From: a virus
Virus record (IMG/VR): IMGVR_UViG_3300045988_088194
Strand: one strand, 5' to 3'
DNA: 64,000 nt
The notes under the pieces are model-generated. The model had not been told where the DNA came from and searched no databases. It was given only the letters and a program-made list of their open reading frames with translations. Position 1 is the stretch's first letter; every line of letters starts with the position of its first letter. The position numbers and the translations under genes are program-made. Positions 1 through 9,300 of the stretch are shown piece after piece.

Positions 1-1590
1 GAGTACTCCTATCATTATCTTCAGACAGAAGGTATTCCAGAAGATGACCTTAATAAGATGAGGTCTAAAATGGAAGGGGAGAGAGCACCAGAGGCTGATA
101 TAAAAGGAGAAAAGAGAGGCTATTATGAAGCATATAAAGTTCCTATAGGAGTTAAGGTTCCTGAAGATTTTGTCATTGATGACCCTCAAGGAGACCTATT
201 CTCTGGTTGGGACAATGCTGTTCAGTGTAATATAAACTGGAACAGTCCTATGCAGGTGATAAGACTTTTCAAGTTCCTTGGATTCAATCTGTTGGTTCAA
301 GACCCTGAGACTGGTGAAATGAAGGATAGTATTGAGTCAAAAGTGATAGAGCCTCAGAAAGAGAGGTCTACTTTGGCTTATCTATATCTTCAGTATAAGG
401 CTGCCACAAAGGTTACTTCTACCTATGGAGAGAATGTACTCAGGCAGATTAATGAGACCAGTGGAAGGCTTCATACCAACTTCAATCAGTTAGGAACTGA
501 TACAGGAAGATTGAGTTCTGGAGGAAAGGATAAGAAGGCAGGACTTGAGTACCTGAACTTTCAGAACTTTCCTGCTGACCCTGAGACCAGAGCCTGTTTT
601 ATATCTGGTCCTGGAATGAAGTGGATTAGCTGTGACTACAGTGGACAGGAGTCAAGGATTATAGCAGACATAACCAATGATGCTGCTATGCTTGACCTGT
701 TCAACAATGGTTGTGGAGACATTCATTCTCTGGTAGCAAAGATGGCATATCCAGAAATTATTGGAGATTGCCCTATTGAGGAAATCAAACACAAGTTCAA
801 GCATTGGAGAAGTGAGGCAAAGGGTGTTGAGTTTGCCATAAATTATGGTGGAGATGCCAACACTATCAAGTCAAATAAAGGTCTGCCTATACAAGAGGCT
901 CAGAAGATATATGACAGTTATATGAAAGGTTTCAAGGGTATGAAGGCATATCAGGACAGACAGAGAAAGTTTGTCATGGAAAATGGCTTTATCATCCTTA
1001 ACCCAATAAGCCAACATAAGGCATATATCTATGACTATGACCTTCTGATGAAACTTAAGTCCAAGTTTACATCAGACTTTTGGTCTGATTATAGACTGTG
1101 TAAGGGTAAAGAGACCAAGAATCTGCCAAAAGTAGTGAAGCAGGAGCTCTATAAGAGGTTTGCTGAATGTACTGATATAAGGCAGGTTACAGGGCAATAT
1201 CCTTATACAAAGAAGGTAGGACAGAAGGAAGAACATTGTACAGCAGTAGTTACTCTGGAAGATGCCTATGTACATCCTGTCAAGCATTTCTTCAAAAGAA
1301 AGGCTGCTTCTGAAAAGCAGGCAATCAACTATCCTTGTCAGGGTACAGGAGCTGTCATGTTCAAGACAGCCTCATGTTTCTTGTGGGATTATCTTGTTAA
1401 ACATGACTTAGTATTCAAAGTCAAACTCTGTATTCCAGCACATGATGAATGGAATATAGAGGTTCCAGAGGAACTTGCTGATGAAATGACCAAAGTATTG
1501 CAGGACTGTATGGCTAAAGCAGGAGGATATTTCTGTAGAAAGCTTGAACTTCCAGCAGATGCGGAGGTAAACACATATTGGATACATTAA
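1..1590 (+). CDS. DNA polymerase, family A (Pol I-like) polymerase domain; 5' end lies outside the window
   Basis: Frame 1 is open from nt 1 (EYSYHYLQTEGIPEDDLNK precedes the first Met at 58). Pol I motifs occur in canonical order: TDTGRLSS...NFQNFP, DYSGQESRI (motif A), RSEAKGVEFAINYGG (motif B), PAHDEW (motif C). Confidence 0.9.
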   Translation, partial: EYSYHYLQTEGIPEDDLNKMRSKMEGERAPEADIKGEKRGYYEAYKVPIGVKVPEDFVIDDPQGDLFSGWDNAVQCNINWNSPMQVIRLFKFLGFNLLVQDPETGEMKDSIESKVIEPQKERSTLAYLYLQYKAATKVTSTYGENVLRQINETSGRLHTNFNQLGTDTGRLSSGGKDKKAGLEYLNFQNFPADPETRACFISGPGMKWISCDYSGQESRIIADITNDAAMLDLFNNGCGDIHSLVAKMAYPEIIGDCPIEEIKHKFKHWRSEAKGVEFAINYGGDANTIKSNKGLPIQEAQKIYDSYMKGFKGMKAYQDRQRKFVMENGFIILNPISQHKAYIYDYDLLMKLKSKFTSDFWSDYRLCKGKETKNLPKVVKQELYKRFAECTDIRQVTGQYPYTKKVGQKEEHCTAVVTLEDAYVHPVKHFFKRKAASEKQAINYPCQGTGAVMFKTASCFLWDYLVKHDLVFKVKLCIPAHDEWNIEVPEELADEMTKVLQDCMAKAGGYFCRKLELPADAEVNTYWIH

Positions 1591-1605
1591 AATGTTTGGG
1601 AAAAA

Positions 1606-1702
1606 GGGGCTGTAGTACCTTAAGCCTTACCTGAGCCCCTGAACCTTTCAGGTGACAGACCATTGGGTAATTCCATAGGAGTGCAGTAGTAAGGCTTTTT
1701 AT
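1606..1702 (+). promoter_or_regulatory. structured intergenic element (competing stems ending in a T-run); possible terminator/attenuator or processing site
   Basis: Stems read by eye: AGGGGCT 1605-1611 / AGCCCCT 1634-1640; ACCTGA 1629-1634 / TCAGGT 1648-1653; AAGCCTTAC 1622-1630 / GTAAGGCTT 1689-1697 followed by TTTTTAT. The first and third stems cannot both form without a pseudoknot. Confidence 0.25.
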
Positions 1703-1714
1703 AAAGAAAAAAAA

Positions 1715-2017
1715 ATGAATGAAACGAGCAATGCTATAATTGATAATATACTCAGCCAGTATACAAAGCCAATAGAAGAAGTTCTCCATGGTTGGATTAT
1801 TCTTATAGATGGTCAGGTATGGAAATCTCCTGCAAGAGGTTTTATATTTAACTCAAGGAAACAGGCAGTTGCTGCTTTTTATAATGGGATGAGGTGGAGA
1901 GTAACAAGCTCTATGGGAAGAGCTGAAGGCAATGACCACTATTGGAGTGACACTTCAATGTATTGGGCAAGGTTTAAGGAAGCCTTGAAAGATAGAATGG
2001 AAATAAGACAGATTTAA
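1715..2017 (+). CDS. hypothetical protein (100 aa)
   Basis: ORF behind an A-rich leader and first gene of a tightly packed same-strand operon. No motif recognised. Confidence 0.5.
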   Translation: MNETSNAIIDNILSQYTKPIEEVLHGWIILIDGQVWKSPARGFIFNSRKQAVAAFYNGMRWRVTSSMGRAEGNDHYWSDTSMYWARFKEALKDRMEIRQI

Positions 2018-2018
2018 C

Positions 2019-2300
2019 ATGGAAACAAGAGAATATCTATTGAATCGGGGAGAAAAGGCAGAGAAAGATATGGTTAATCATCCAGACCATTATAATATCA
2101 ATGGCATGGAATGTATTGATGTTATGGAAAAACTGTTTGGTATAGATTGGACATATCATTTCTGTGTACTTAATGCTTTCAAATATCAGTTTAGGTTTAA
2201 TAATAAAGGCAAGGCTCAGGAAGATTTGAGAAAGGCTGCATGGTATAATACTAAGGCAGCAGAACTTCTTGAGAAGATGGAGGGAGAAGACAATGGCTGA
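2019..2300 (+). CDS. DUF3310-like small protein
   Basis: NHPDHYNINGMECIDVMEKLF...LNAFKYQFRFNNKGKAQEDLRKAAWY fits my memory of the DUF3310 pattern (HY..g.E.IDvi...N.iKY..R...KG..EDL.KA..Y). It starts 1 nt after the upstream stop. Confidence 0.6.
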   Translation: METREYLLNRGEKAEKDMVNHPDHYNINGMECIDVMEKLFGIDWTYHFCVLNAFKYQFRFNNKGKAQEDLRKAAWYNTKAAELLEKMEGEDNG

Positions 2301-2982
2301 ATACCAGAAAATACAGACACTATTTCTCAGGGATGATAAGAACATTATCATTCCTGACCAGTTCACTTATCCAGAGTTTGAGTATCTTAAAGATAATAAA
2401 TGGGAGTGTACTGAGAAGATTGATGGAACCAACATTAGAATAGAACTTGACTTCTATGTCCATGATGATGGAGTAAAAGAGGTAAATGTCAATTTCAGAG
2501 GAAGAACTGATAAGGCTAATATACCTGAACATTTGTACAGAAAGCTTAAAGAACTGTTTGACAATGTTGATTGGTTTAAGATATTTGATATCACAGGTAC
2601 CACATCCATTACCCTCTATGGTGAAGGCTATGGAGCCAAGATTCAGAAAGGAGGTAACTACATAAGTTCTGATGTAGATTTTATCCTCTTTGATGTTAAA
2701 GTTGGTAAATGGTGGCTGCAAAGGGATGCTGTTGAAGATATTGCAGATGAACTCAACATCAAAGTAGTCCCTCTTATAGGATATATGACTATCCCTGAGG
2801 CAATTGAGTATGTCAAGAAAGGCTTTAAGTCTACTATTGCAGAGAATGAGGATTATGATGCTGAAGGTCTTGTTCTTAAGACTCCTACAGGACTCCTGAG
2901 AAGGAATGGAGAAAGGCTTGTAACCAAAATCAAGACAGTTGACTTCAGAAAATACAGAGATAGTCAAGTGATGAAATCATGA
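2293..2982 (+). CDS. ATP-dependent RNA ligase-like nucleotidyltransferase (stand-alone adenylyltransferase domain)
   Basis: Covalent nucleotidyltransferase motifs: KIDGTN (motif I, KxDG), ILFDV (III), TLYGEGYG (IIIa), EGLVLK (IV), LVTKIKTVDF (V). There is no OB domain. I moved the start to ATG 2293 (MAEYQK), which overlaps the upstream stop as ATGGCTGA; the track start 2269 would overlap by 32 nt. Confidence 0.75.
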   Translation: MAEYQKIQTLFLRDDKNIIIPDQFTYPEFEYLKDNKWECTEKIDGTNIRIELDFYVHDDGVKEVNVNFRGRTDKANIPEHLYRKLKELFDNVDWFKIFDITGTTSITLYGEGYGAKIQKGGNYISSDVDFILFDVKVGKWWLQRDAVEDIADELNIKVVPLIGYMTIPEAIEYVKKGFKSTIAENEDYDAEGLVLKTPTGLLRRNGERLVTKIKTVDFRKYRDSQVMKS

Positions 2983-3167
2983 AGCAGTGGACATCAAGAG
3001 AGTTTCTAAGGATGCTTAGAAAGAATGGATATACTTACAGCAGACATAATGGGGACCATCATATCTATGTAAGTGAGGGAGGAAGGCATATATCTGTACC
3101 TCAGAAACTTGAGTGTGTCATTGCAAGAAGACTAATTAAAGAATATAATTTGAATATTGAACTATGA
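2979..3167 (+). CDS. HicA-like (YcfA family) small RNA-binding/mRNA interferase-fold protein
   Basis: 62 aa. REFLRMLRKNGYTYSRHNGDHHIYVSEGGRHISVPQ matches the HicA pattern (..l.k.Gf...r..GsHh.y....g....vP.h). The start overlaps the ligase stop as ATGA (2979-2982). Confidence 0.65.
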   Translation: MKQWTSREFLRMLRKNGYTYSRHNGDHHIYVSEGGRHISVPQKLECVIARRLIKEYNLNIEL

Positions 3168-3406
3168 GTTTAGGAGGATACCCATTGGGAGCTGACCAGG
3201 ACCCAAGAGCTCCCTGGAAAGAAAAAGATGTCTTTGTAGATGCTACAGTAAGTATCACATATCATAAGACTATAAGGGTCAAACTTAATGAGCATTATGA
3301 TACTCCTGACCTCTACAATGCTGCACAGGATGAGGTCTATGATGATGTAAAAGCACTTTCTGACAATGGCTGGTATGAGGATGAATTTGAAGTGGTAGAA
3401 GAGTAA
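3164..3406 (+). CDS. small acidic protein (80 aa), unknown; positional candidate partner of the HicA-like gene
   Basis: ATGA overlap with the HicA-like stop (3164-3167). Strongly acidic C-terminal half (DEVYDDVKALSDNGWYEDEFEVVEE). No HicB, HTH or RHH motif recognised. Confidence 0.5.
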   Translation: MSLGGYPLGADQDPRAPWKEKDVFVDATVSITYHKTIRVKLNEHYDTPDLYNAAQDEVYDDVKALSDNGWYEDEFEVVEE

Positions 3407-3987
3407 TGGCAACAGTTTATTTCATATCAGATGCTCACTTTGGACATAAGAACTTGAGTGAGAGATTTAGAGGAATGTCTGTTGAAGAGTCAGATGAATT
3501 GTTAATCAGGAATTGGAATAACAAGGTAAAGAAGAAAGATGATATTGTCTATTATCTTGGTGACTTTTCAATGGATGCTCCTGAACTTCTTGAGAAGTAT
3601 CTTGACAAATTGAATGGAAAGATATACATCATAGGAGGAAACCATGATACAAGAAGAGTGTGTACCAAATTCAAAGAGTTAGGCATTACTGTACTTGGAT
3701 GTATGGAATATAAGGGCTATATGCTCACTCATATGCCTGTAGATAGAAGGATGATTAAGGAAGGTCCATTCAGAAGATATAGAGGAAACATACATGGGCA
3801 TATCCATGCTTATGAACTTGTTTCCCCAGACTATATTTCTGTGGCTGCTGACCTCAATAATCTTACTCCTATGACTTTTGAGGAGATTATTGAGAAGCAG
3901 AAGAAGAAACATCAATTGAAAGTCAAACTCAAGAACTTCCTTATGTATGTTACCTTTTTGTTTAACAAAACTTTTAAGAAGAAATGA
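3406..3987 (+). CDS. calcineurin-like metallophosphoesterase
   Basis: Ordered metallophosphoesterase motifs: SDAHFGH (DxH), LGDF (GDxx), GGNHD (GNHD/E), HGHIH (GHxH). TAATG overlap with the upstream gene. Confidence 0.8.
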   Translation: MATVYFISDAHFGHKNLSERFRGMSVEESDELLIRNWNNKVKKKDDIVYYLGDFSMDAPELLEKYLDKLNGKIYIIGGNHDTRRVCTKFKELGITVLGCMEYKGYMLTHMPVDRRMIKEGPFRRYRGNIHGHIHAYELVSPDYISVAADLNNLTPMTFEEIIEKQKKKHQLKVKLKNFLMYVTFLFNKTFKKK

Positions 3988-4670
3988 GAATATTGGTTAT
4001 AGGTGACATACATGGTCACAATGGCTGGGATAAAATAGTCTTCAAGGAGGATTGGGATAAAGTAGTCTTCCTTGGAGATTATTTTGACAATTATAAGAAT
4101 ACTCCTGGAAAAGAGCAAGTTACTAACTTCAAGGAGATACTTGCAATGAAGGCTACTCACCCTGATAAGGTAGAACTTCTTTATGGAAATCATGACCATT
4201 CCTATCTTAACAAGGAGATGTGCAGTGGTTATAAATGGCAAAATCAACTTATTTATGAAGAAGTACTTAAGGGAGCTAAGGATAAAGGTTGGCTTAAACC
4301 TGTGTATATTCATGATGACATTATCTTCTCTCATGCAGGAGTGTCTTCATATTGGCTCAAAGAGGTAGCCCAATTAGCACATCCTCAGGATATTACTTGG
4401 GAGAATGTTCCTCTTGATAAGTTCAACTTCAATGGACTTACTGGATACAATTCATTTGGAGATACACCTTCACAGAGTCCTATCTGGATTAGACCTACAT
4501 CTCTTCTGCAATACCCTATTGATGGATACAGGCAGGTAGTAGGACATACTCATATGGGGGCTCCTGTGAATAGAGATGGAGTATGGTTCAATGATATGAT
4601 GCCTAAGTATTATATCATTATTGAAGATGGCAACATAGAATTTAAGGAGAATAAATATGAGATTAATTAA
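3984..4670 (+). CDS. metallophosphoesterase, lambda-phosphatase/ApaH-like layout
   Basis: GDIHGH, FLGDYFD, GNHDHSY, SHAG, VGHTH occur in the canonical order. ATGA overlap with the upstream gene (3984-3987). Confidence 0.8.
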   Translation: MRILVIGDIHGHNGWDKIVFKEDWDKVVFLGDYFDNYKNTPGKEQVTNFKEILAMKATHPDKVELLYGNHDHSYLNKEMCSGYKWQNQLIYEEVLKGAKDKGWLKPVYIHDDIIFSHAGVSSYWLKEVAQLAHPQDITWENVPLDKFNFNGLTGYNSFGDTPSQSPIWIRPTSLLQYPIDGYRQVVGHTHMGAPVNRDGVWFNDMMPKYYIIIEDGNIEFKENKYEIN

Positions 4671-5499
4671 ACCTTCTTATGAAATATGGGAGCAGGAGTC
4701 TGGTCTTGAAGGTGTCTATAAGATGATAGAGAAGGTAGGTAGAGTCTGTTATAAATCAGAAGATAAGATAGCAGAAGGAACTGCAAAGTCTTTTGTAGAC
4801 AGACTTATGAAATCAGGACATGGTGCTATGTTGGAACATGGTACTATATATCTGATGATTCCAAATGACCACCAAGCATATAATTTCTTCGGAGATAATT
4901 GGGTAAGAGACACCTATGGTGCATCTCCTTATTCTTCAGTAGTTTGGGATAGTGATAAAATTTACATTACAACTAACTTAAGAGTGCTGGTGGAGAATGG
5001 TTGGCTTGATGACTTGAAGTATCTTTGTGAACCTACTGAGTATCATGTTAAGAGAGTTACTGTACACTTTGTATGTGATAGAGGAGTATCCCATGAATTT
5101 GTAAGACATAGAGTGTTTAGCTTTGCTCAGGAGAGTACAAGATATTGCAATTATTCTAAGGATAAGTTTGGTAATGAAGTTACTTTCATTGAACCTTGCT
5201 GGTACAATACCTCTAAATCAAATGACCTTGCTGATGAGTATTTTATTAATAGTTTAAAAGATGCTGAACGGTTATATTTTAATCTATTAGACAATGGGTG
5301 GAAACCTCAGGAAGCAAGAGCAGTATTACCTAATGCTTTGAAGACAGAACTTGTAATGACAGGTTTTGTGGATGAATCTGGATGGATAAACTTCTTTAAT
5401 CTTAGAGCATTGGGGACTACAGGTGCACCACATCCTCAGGCTAAAGAACTTGCTGAACCACTCTTTGAAGAGTTTAAAGCCAAAGGGCTTATTAAATAA
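4657..5499 (+). CDS. thyX: FAD-dependent thymidylate synthase ThyX
   Basis: ThyX signature RHRVFSFAQESTRY (RHRxxSxxxxSxRY) and appropriate size. 14-nt overlap with the upstream gene. Confidence 0.9.
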   Translation: MRLIKPSYEIWEQESGLEGVYKMIEKVGRVCYKSEDKIAEGTAKSFVDRLMKSGHGAMLEHGTIYLMIPNDHQAYNFFGDNWVRDTYGASPYSSVVWDSDKIYITTNLRVLVENGWLDDLKYLCEPTEYHVKRVTVHFVCDRGVSHEFVRHRVFSFAQESTRYCNYSKDKFGNEVTFIEPCWYNTSKSNDLADEYFINSLKDAERLYFNLLDNGWKPQEARAVLPNALKTELVMTGFVDESGWINFFNLRALGTTGAPHPQAKELAEPLFEEFKAKGLIK

Positions 5500-5516
5500 T
5501 CACTAAAAAAAAAACA

Positions 5517-6149
5517 ATGACAACATTTATGAATAGGGATAAATTAAAAGTTGGTAATATACTTTCTGAGACAACTCACTACAAGGTAGTAGCAAAGTTT
5601 GGAGACCATATTGACTGTATTCTTCAGGAAAGTGGAGATAAAGTAAGTCTTGGAAATGACTATGCCTTGAAGTATTGTTCTTCAGGAGATGTCTATGAAG
5701 AAATCAAGGAGGTAACCAAGGAGGATAAGGCTGATGGAACTCCAGGTATAAGGTCTATCTTTGAGAACATCCATTCTTCTGAGGTATTTACAGTGGTATT
5801 CAAAAAGCAGGATAAAAAGAAGACCAGAAAGCAGATAGCAGAGGAGAAGAACTCTCAGATAAATGAGGCTATTGCTATGATTAACAGAGCCAAAGAGCAG
5901 AAGAAGTCTATGGCTGTAGCCTATACTGAAGCTCTTCAGTTCATTCAGAACAATCCTGTTCAGGATTATATTGAAGGAGAGAGTAGAACTCTCAGAGGAT
6001 ACAAGATTCAGTTCCAATCAAGAGATGGAAGATATGACTGTGTGGATATGGACATTGAAAGAACTGATACTGAGAGTGGTATAAGACCAGTTAATATCAA
6101 CACCATCAGCTCTTTAATCTATAAAGGTGTAAAATATGTAGTGAAATAA
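5517..6149 (+). CDS. hypothetical protein (210 aa), central K/E-rich helix
   Basis: Last ORF of the operon, followed by a clear terminator. No motif recognised. Confidence 0.55.
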   Translation: MTTFMNRDKLKVGNILSETTHYKVVAKFGDHIDCILQESGDKVSLGNDYALKYCSSGDVYEEIKEVTKEDKADGTPGIRSIFENIHSSEVFTVVFKKQDKKKTRKQIAEEKNSQINEAIAMINRAKEQKKSMAVAYTEALQFIQNNPVQDYIEGESRTLRGYKIQFQSRDGRYDCVDMDIERTDTESGIRPVNINTISSLIYKGVKYVVK

Positions 6150-6192
6150 AAATATACATAGAAATTCACTTACGGAATAATTAGATTTATTG

Positions 6193-6222
6193 GGGAGACT
6201 AATAAAGTCTCCCTTATTTTTT
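6193..6222 (+). terminator. rho-independent terminator after the replication/nucleotide operon
   Basis: GGGAGAC (6193-6199) / GTCTCCC (6207-6213) stem with a 7-nt loop, followed by TTATTTTTT. Confidence 0.7.
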
Positions 6223-6274
6223 CTTTATAAAATTAGTAATCAAATTAGAGAGTATGTAGATTAATACTTAATAA

Positions 6275-6306
6275 CTTGGTTAATTAAAATTAAATACTTA
6301 TCTTTG
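6275..6306 (+). promoter_or_regulatory. Bacteroidota-type promoter candidate for the giant ORF
   Basis: CTTG (6275-6278), then 20 nt, then TATCTTTG (6299-6306, fits TAnnTTTG), 26 nt upstream of ATG 6333. It lies in a 183-nt AT-rich intergenic region. Confidence 0.55.
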
Positions 6307-6332
6307 TCCTAAATCTAAATTATTATAATAAT

Positions 6333-9300
6333 ATGGCTTGTGTAAACACAAAGGAAAAAAGTTTTAAAGAGCTAGTTTCTAAATATGGTGCTTCATCAGG
6401 AACTGTAGAAAATGCCATTAAAATTTATATGGATAAAAATAATCTTGAGACCTATGATACTAATTCTCAAGATTTCATAGACCATATGGATTCTTATTTT
6501 CAGCTTAAAAGCAGTAATTTCTACTCTTCTAAAGGTAAGTACAATAGAGCTCATGCTCTTTGGGAAAAAATAAATCCTACACAAAATGTAGCAGATATAA
6601 AGACTGCTACTAAAGAGTATAATGCTCTTGTTGAAATATTTGGAGAAAATAATGTTACTGTTTTTGAAACTTCAGATGGAGGATTTAGAGTTAGGGCAGC
6701 TGAGCCTATATTTGGTGACGGTATTACTTCAGATAAGAAATTATTGAAGGAAATGTCTGACATTCTTTCTAAAGCTCCTAGAGATAAAAATGGTAATCTA
6801 TTAGCTCCTAATGGTAAAAAGTCTAATTTAACTGAAAGACAATATGCTCAAGTAAGAACTAAAGCTTTTAAAGAGTGGTTTGGTGATTGGGAAACATTAG
6901 CAGAAGGACATAATAAAAAACTTAATTTACCTGATAAACCATCTGGTCTTACTGATACTTGGATAAAAGATAATATAGTAGAATTTAAAGGTTTATCTAC
7001 GGGAACTAAATATAATATAGGCTATTCTGGTGGAAGATATTTTATCGTTATAAATATTAATGGAATTAATGTTCCATTCTATAAATCCTCAGGTTTAGGT
7101 GGAAAAAAGAATGTTGAAGCAGGTAAATGGTATCCATTTTTTGGGATATCTAAAAAAGGATGGTTAAATAAGACTACTGAGGAGGAAATAAACAACTACT
7201 ATAATAGTCAAGTACTTGAATTAATTTCTAATAAACTAGATTCATTATTTAATAATGAAGACTATGGTATAGAAATAGTAAATGGTATTCCAGTAAAGAA
7301 GGGTAAACAAGCTAATAACGCTATAGATTTAAACTTTACAGACGGAGAAAAAGTCATAAATAAAGACCTTAATCCTACTGAAAATCATAAAGATAATACT
7401 GTAAATATAGTAAATAGTAATATTGAAAAAGTTAAAAGGAGTATATCTTATACTACTTTAAATAATAAAGTCTCAAAAGTAGTAGATGAAAATGGTGAAC
7501 CTTTGGTTGTTTATCATTATACAGATAATGAAAGTCTGACTAAATTTAGTACAGAGTTTGATAATTATTTCTCAAAGGAAGGTGGTACTAAGAAAGCTAT
7601 ATTCTTTACAACAGATAATGTTGTACCTGGTAGTGAAGATAACTTCTTAACTAATAGAAAAGCTAAGCTGGCATTATTCTTAAATATAAAAAACTTAGAA
7701 GAGTTTCATGGTACTAAAGAAGATTTGCATAAACAAGGAACTTCTTATAGAGAAATAGTAAATAAATCTTCTGAAAGAGCAGGTCTTGAAAATGGTATAG
7801 TATTTACTGGTTTTGATGATAACAAGAAGGAGAATCAAACTATATATGTTGTTCATAATCCAAATCAAATTAAATCAGCTACTAGTAATACAGGAGCTTT
7901 TTCTAAAATTAATGATAGAATAGACGATTTTGAAAGTAATGTAAAAGTTACTGTTGAATATACTCCTATAGGAAAAAGTAGACAAACTTATACTATTAGA
8001 GGGAACAAAATCTTTAATAAAGAAGGTAAAGAAGTCTTTAAGACAGACAGTGTAGATAGAAACAAGATTTTTGCCAATCTTGCAGTACAGCAAGGTAGAG
8101 CAGTAGTAGTAAATCATAAGAATAAAGAGTATGTTGTAAACAACAGAAATCAGATTATCTCTGTTACTACTGGTAAAATGATGCAGTGGGATGAAAAGAA
8201 TGGAGATAGAAATGCAATCATTAAAGCTGCTCAGGAAAAGTTTAGTAAAAACAAACCCTCTGAAAGTATTCAAAAATCTGCGTCTTTTAATTGGGGAAGA
8301 ACTTCAGATAATAATTATGAAGTATCTTCAAAAGGAGATAAAAGATTTTCTGCTCTTAATGCTACCTTTAAGAAAGGTACTGTTATAGATGGAGTAGATG
8401 TAGGAGGAATGACCATTGAAGATGTATATCAGAAGGTCATTAAAAAGAGTGGTAAAGGTAAAGCTCCTGCTGTAGATAGTAAGTTAAATATTTCTTACAG
8501 AGTAAGTACCGAAGGAATTACTAAGCAATATGGAGTAGTAATAGATAAAAATTTAAAAAGAAATTATAGTGAATGGCAAAATGCTAATCCAAATGGTATA
8601 GTTGCGTATAGAGTTAATTATAGTAAATACAATACCCCTGAAGAAGCACAAGCTGGTAGAATAGGTAATCCATTTTCTGAAGGTATAGGACAAGCTAATA
8701 AAGGGGAAGATACTGTACAAAAGTTCTTTATTTGGCTTACTACTGGAAATAACTTTGGTAATCCAAAAGCTACTGAAGAATATAGACAAGCCATTCTTCA
8801 TAAACTAATTAGTACTCCAAAAGGAACTAATATATTATATTATACTGAACTCAATAGACCATCTCATGCAACTGTATTAGGTTATTTAATTAATCATAAG
8901 GAATTTATAACAAACTATAAAGATAGTGCAGAAGATTTCTCTTATACTGAAGGTTATTTACCATTGTGGCAAGAATGGGCTAAACAAAACCCTGAATTAA
9001 TAGAGGAACTAAGAACTAAAGCAGCAGGTAAAACTCTTACTGACCAGTTTGCTAATACAAGAGTAAGTCAGGCAAGAGCTTTGGCTGATATTCTTAATTC
9101 TACTAATACTAAGTCAGAAACTATAGAAGAAGCTCCTATATTTGAAGAAGAAAATAATAATATGCAATCTGCTAAAGAACTTGTAGATAGGATGATAGCA
9201 GATTCAAGAGAGCATATTAAATTTAACAAAGAGGACCATTCCTATATAGTAGATGGAAAAAAGGCTGATACCAGTGTTACTCAGTTTATACATGGTAAGA

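Noticed and set aside
840-1450. A rather long spacing between polymerase motifs B and C, considered as an intein or intron.
   Set aside because: The reading frame is continuous. No intein block motifs (Cys/Ser...HN-Cys/Ser/Thr) or homing-endonuclease motifs were recognised. An inserted subdomain is more likely, but I cannot judge this without an alignment.
2320-2967. Long antisense or alternate-frame ORFs in the track (e.g. 2320-2967, 3912-4334, 7875-8273, 13278-13790, 54127-54498, 27764-28111).
   Set aside because: Each lies entirely within a longer ORF on the other strand or frame that carries recognisable motifs or fits the operon packing. Their translations are low-complexity and Leu/Ile/Ser/Phe-rich, as expected from the antisense of AT-rich coding sequence.
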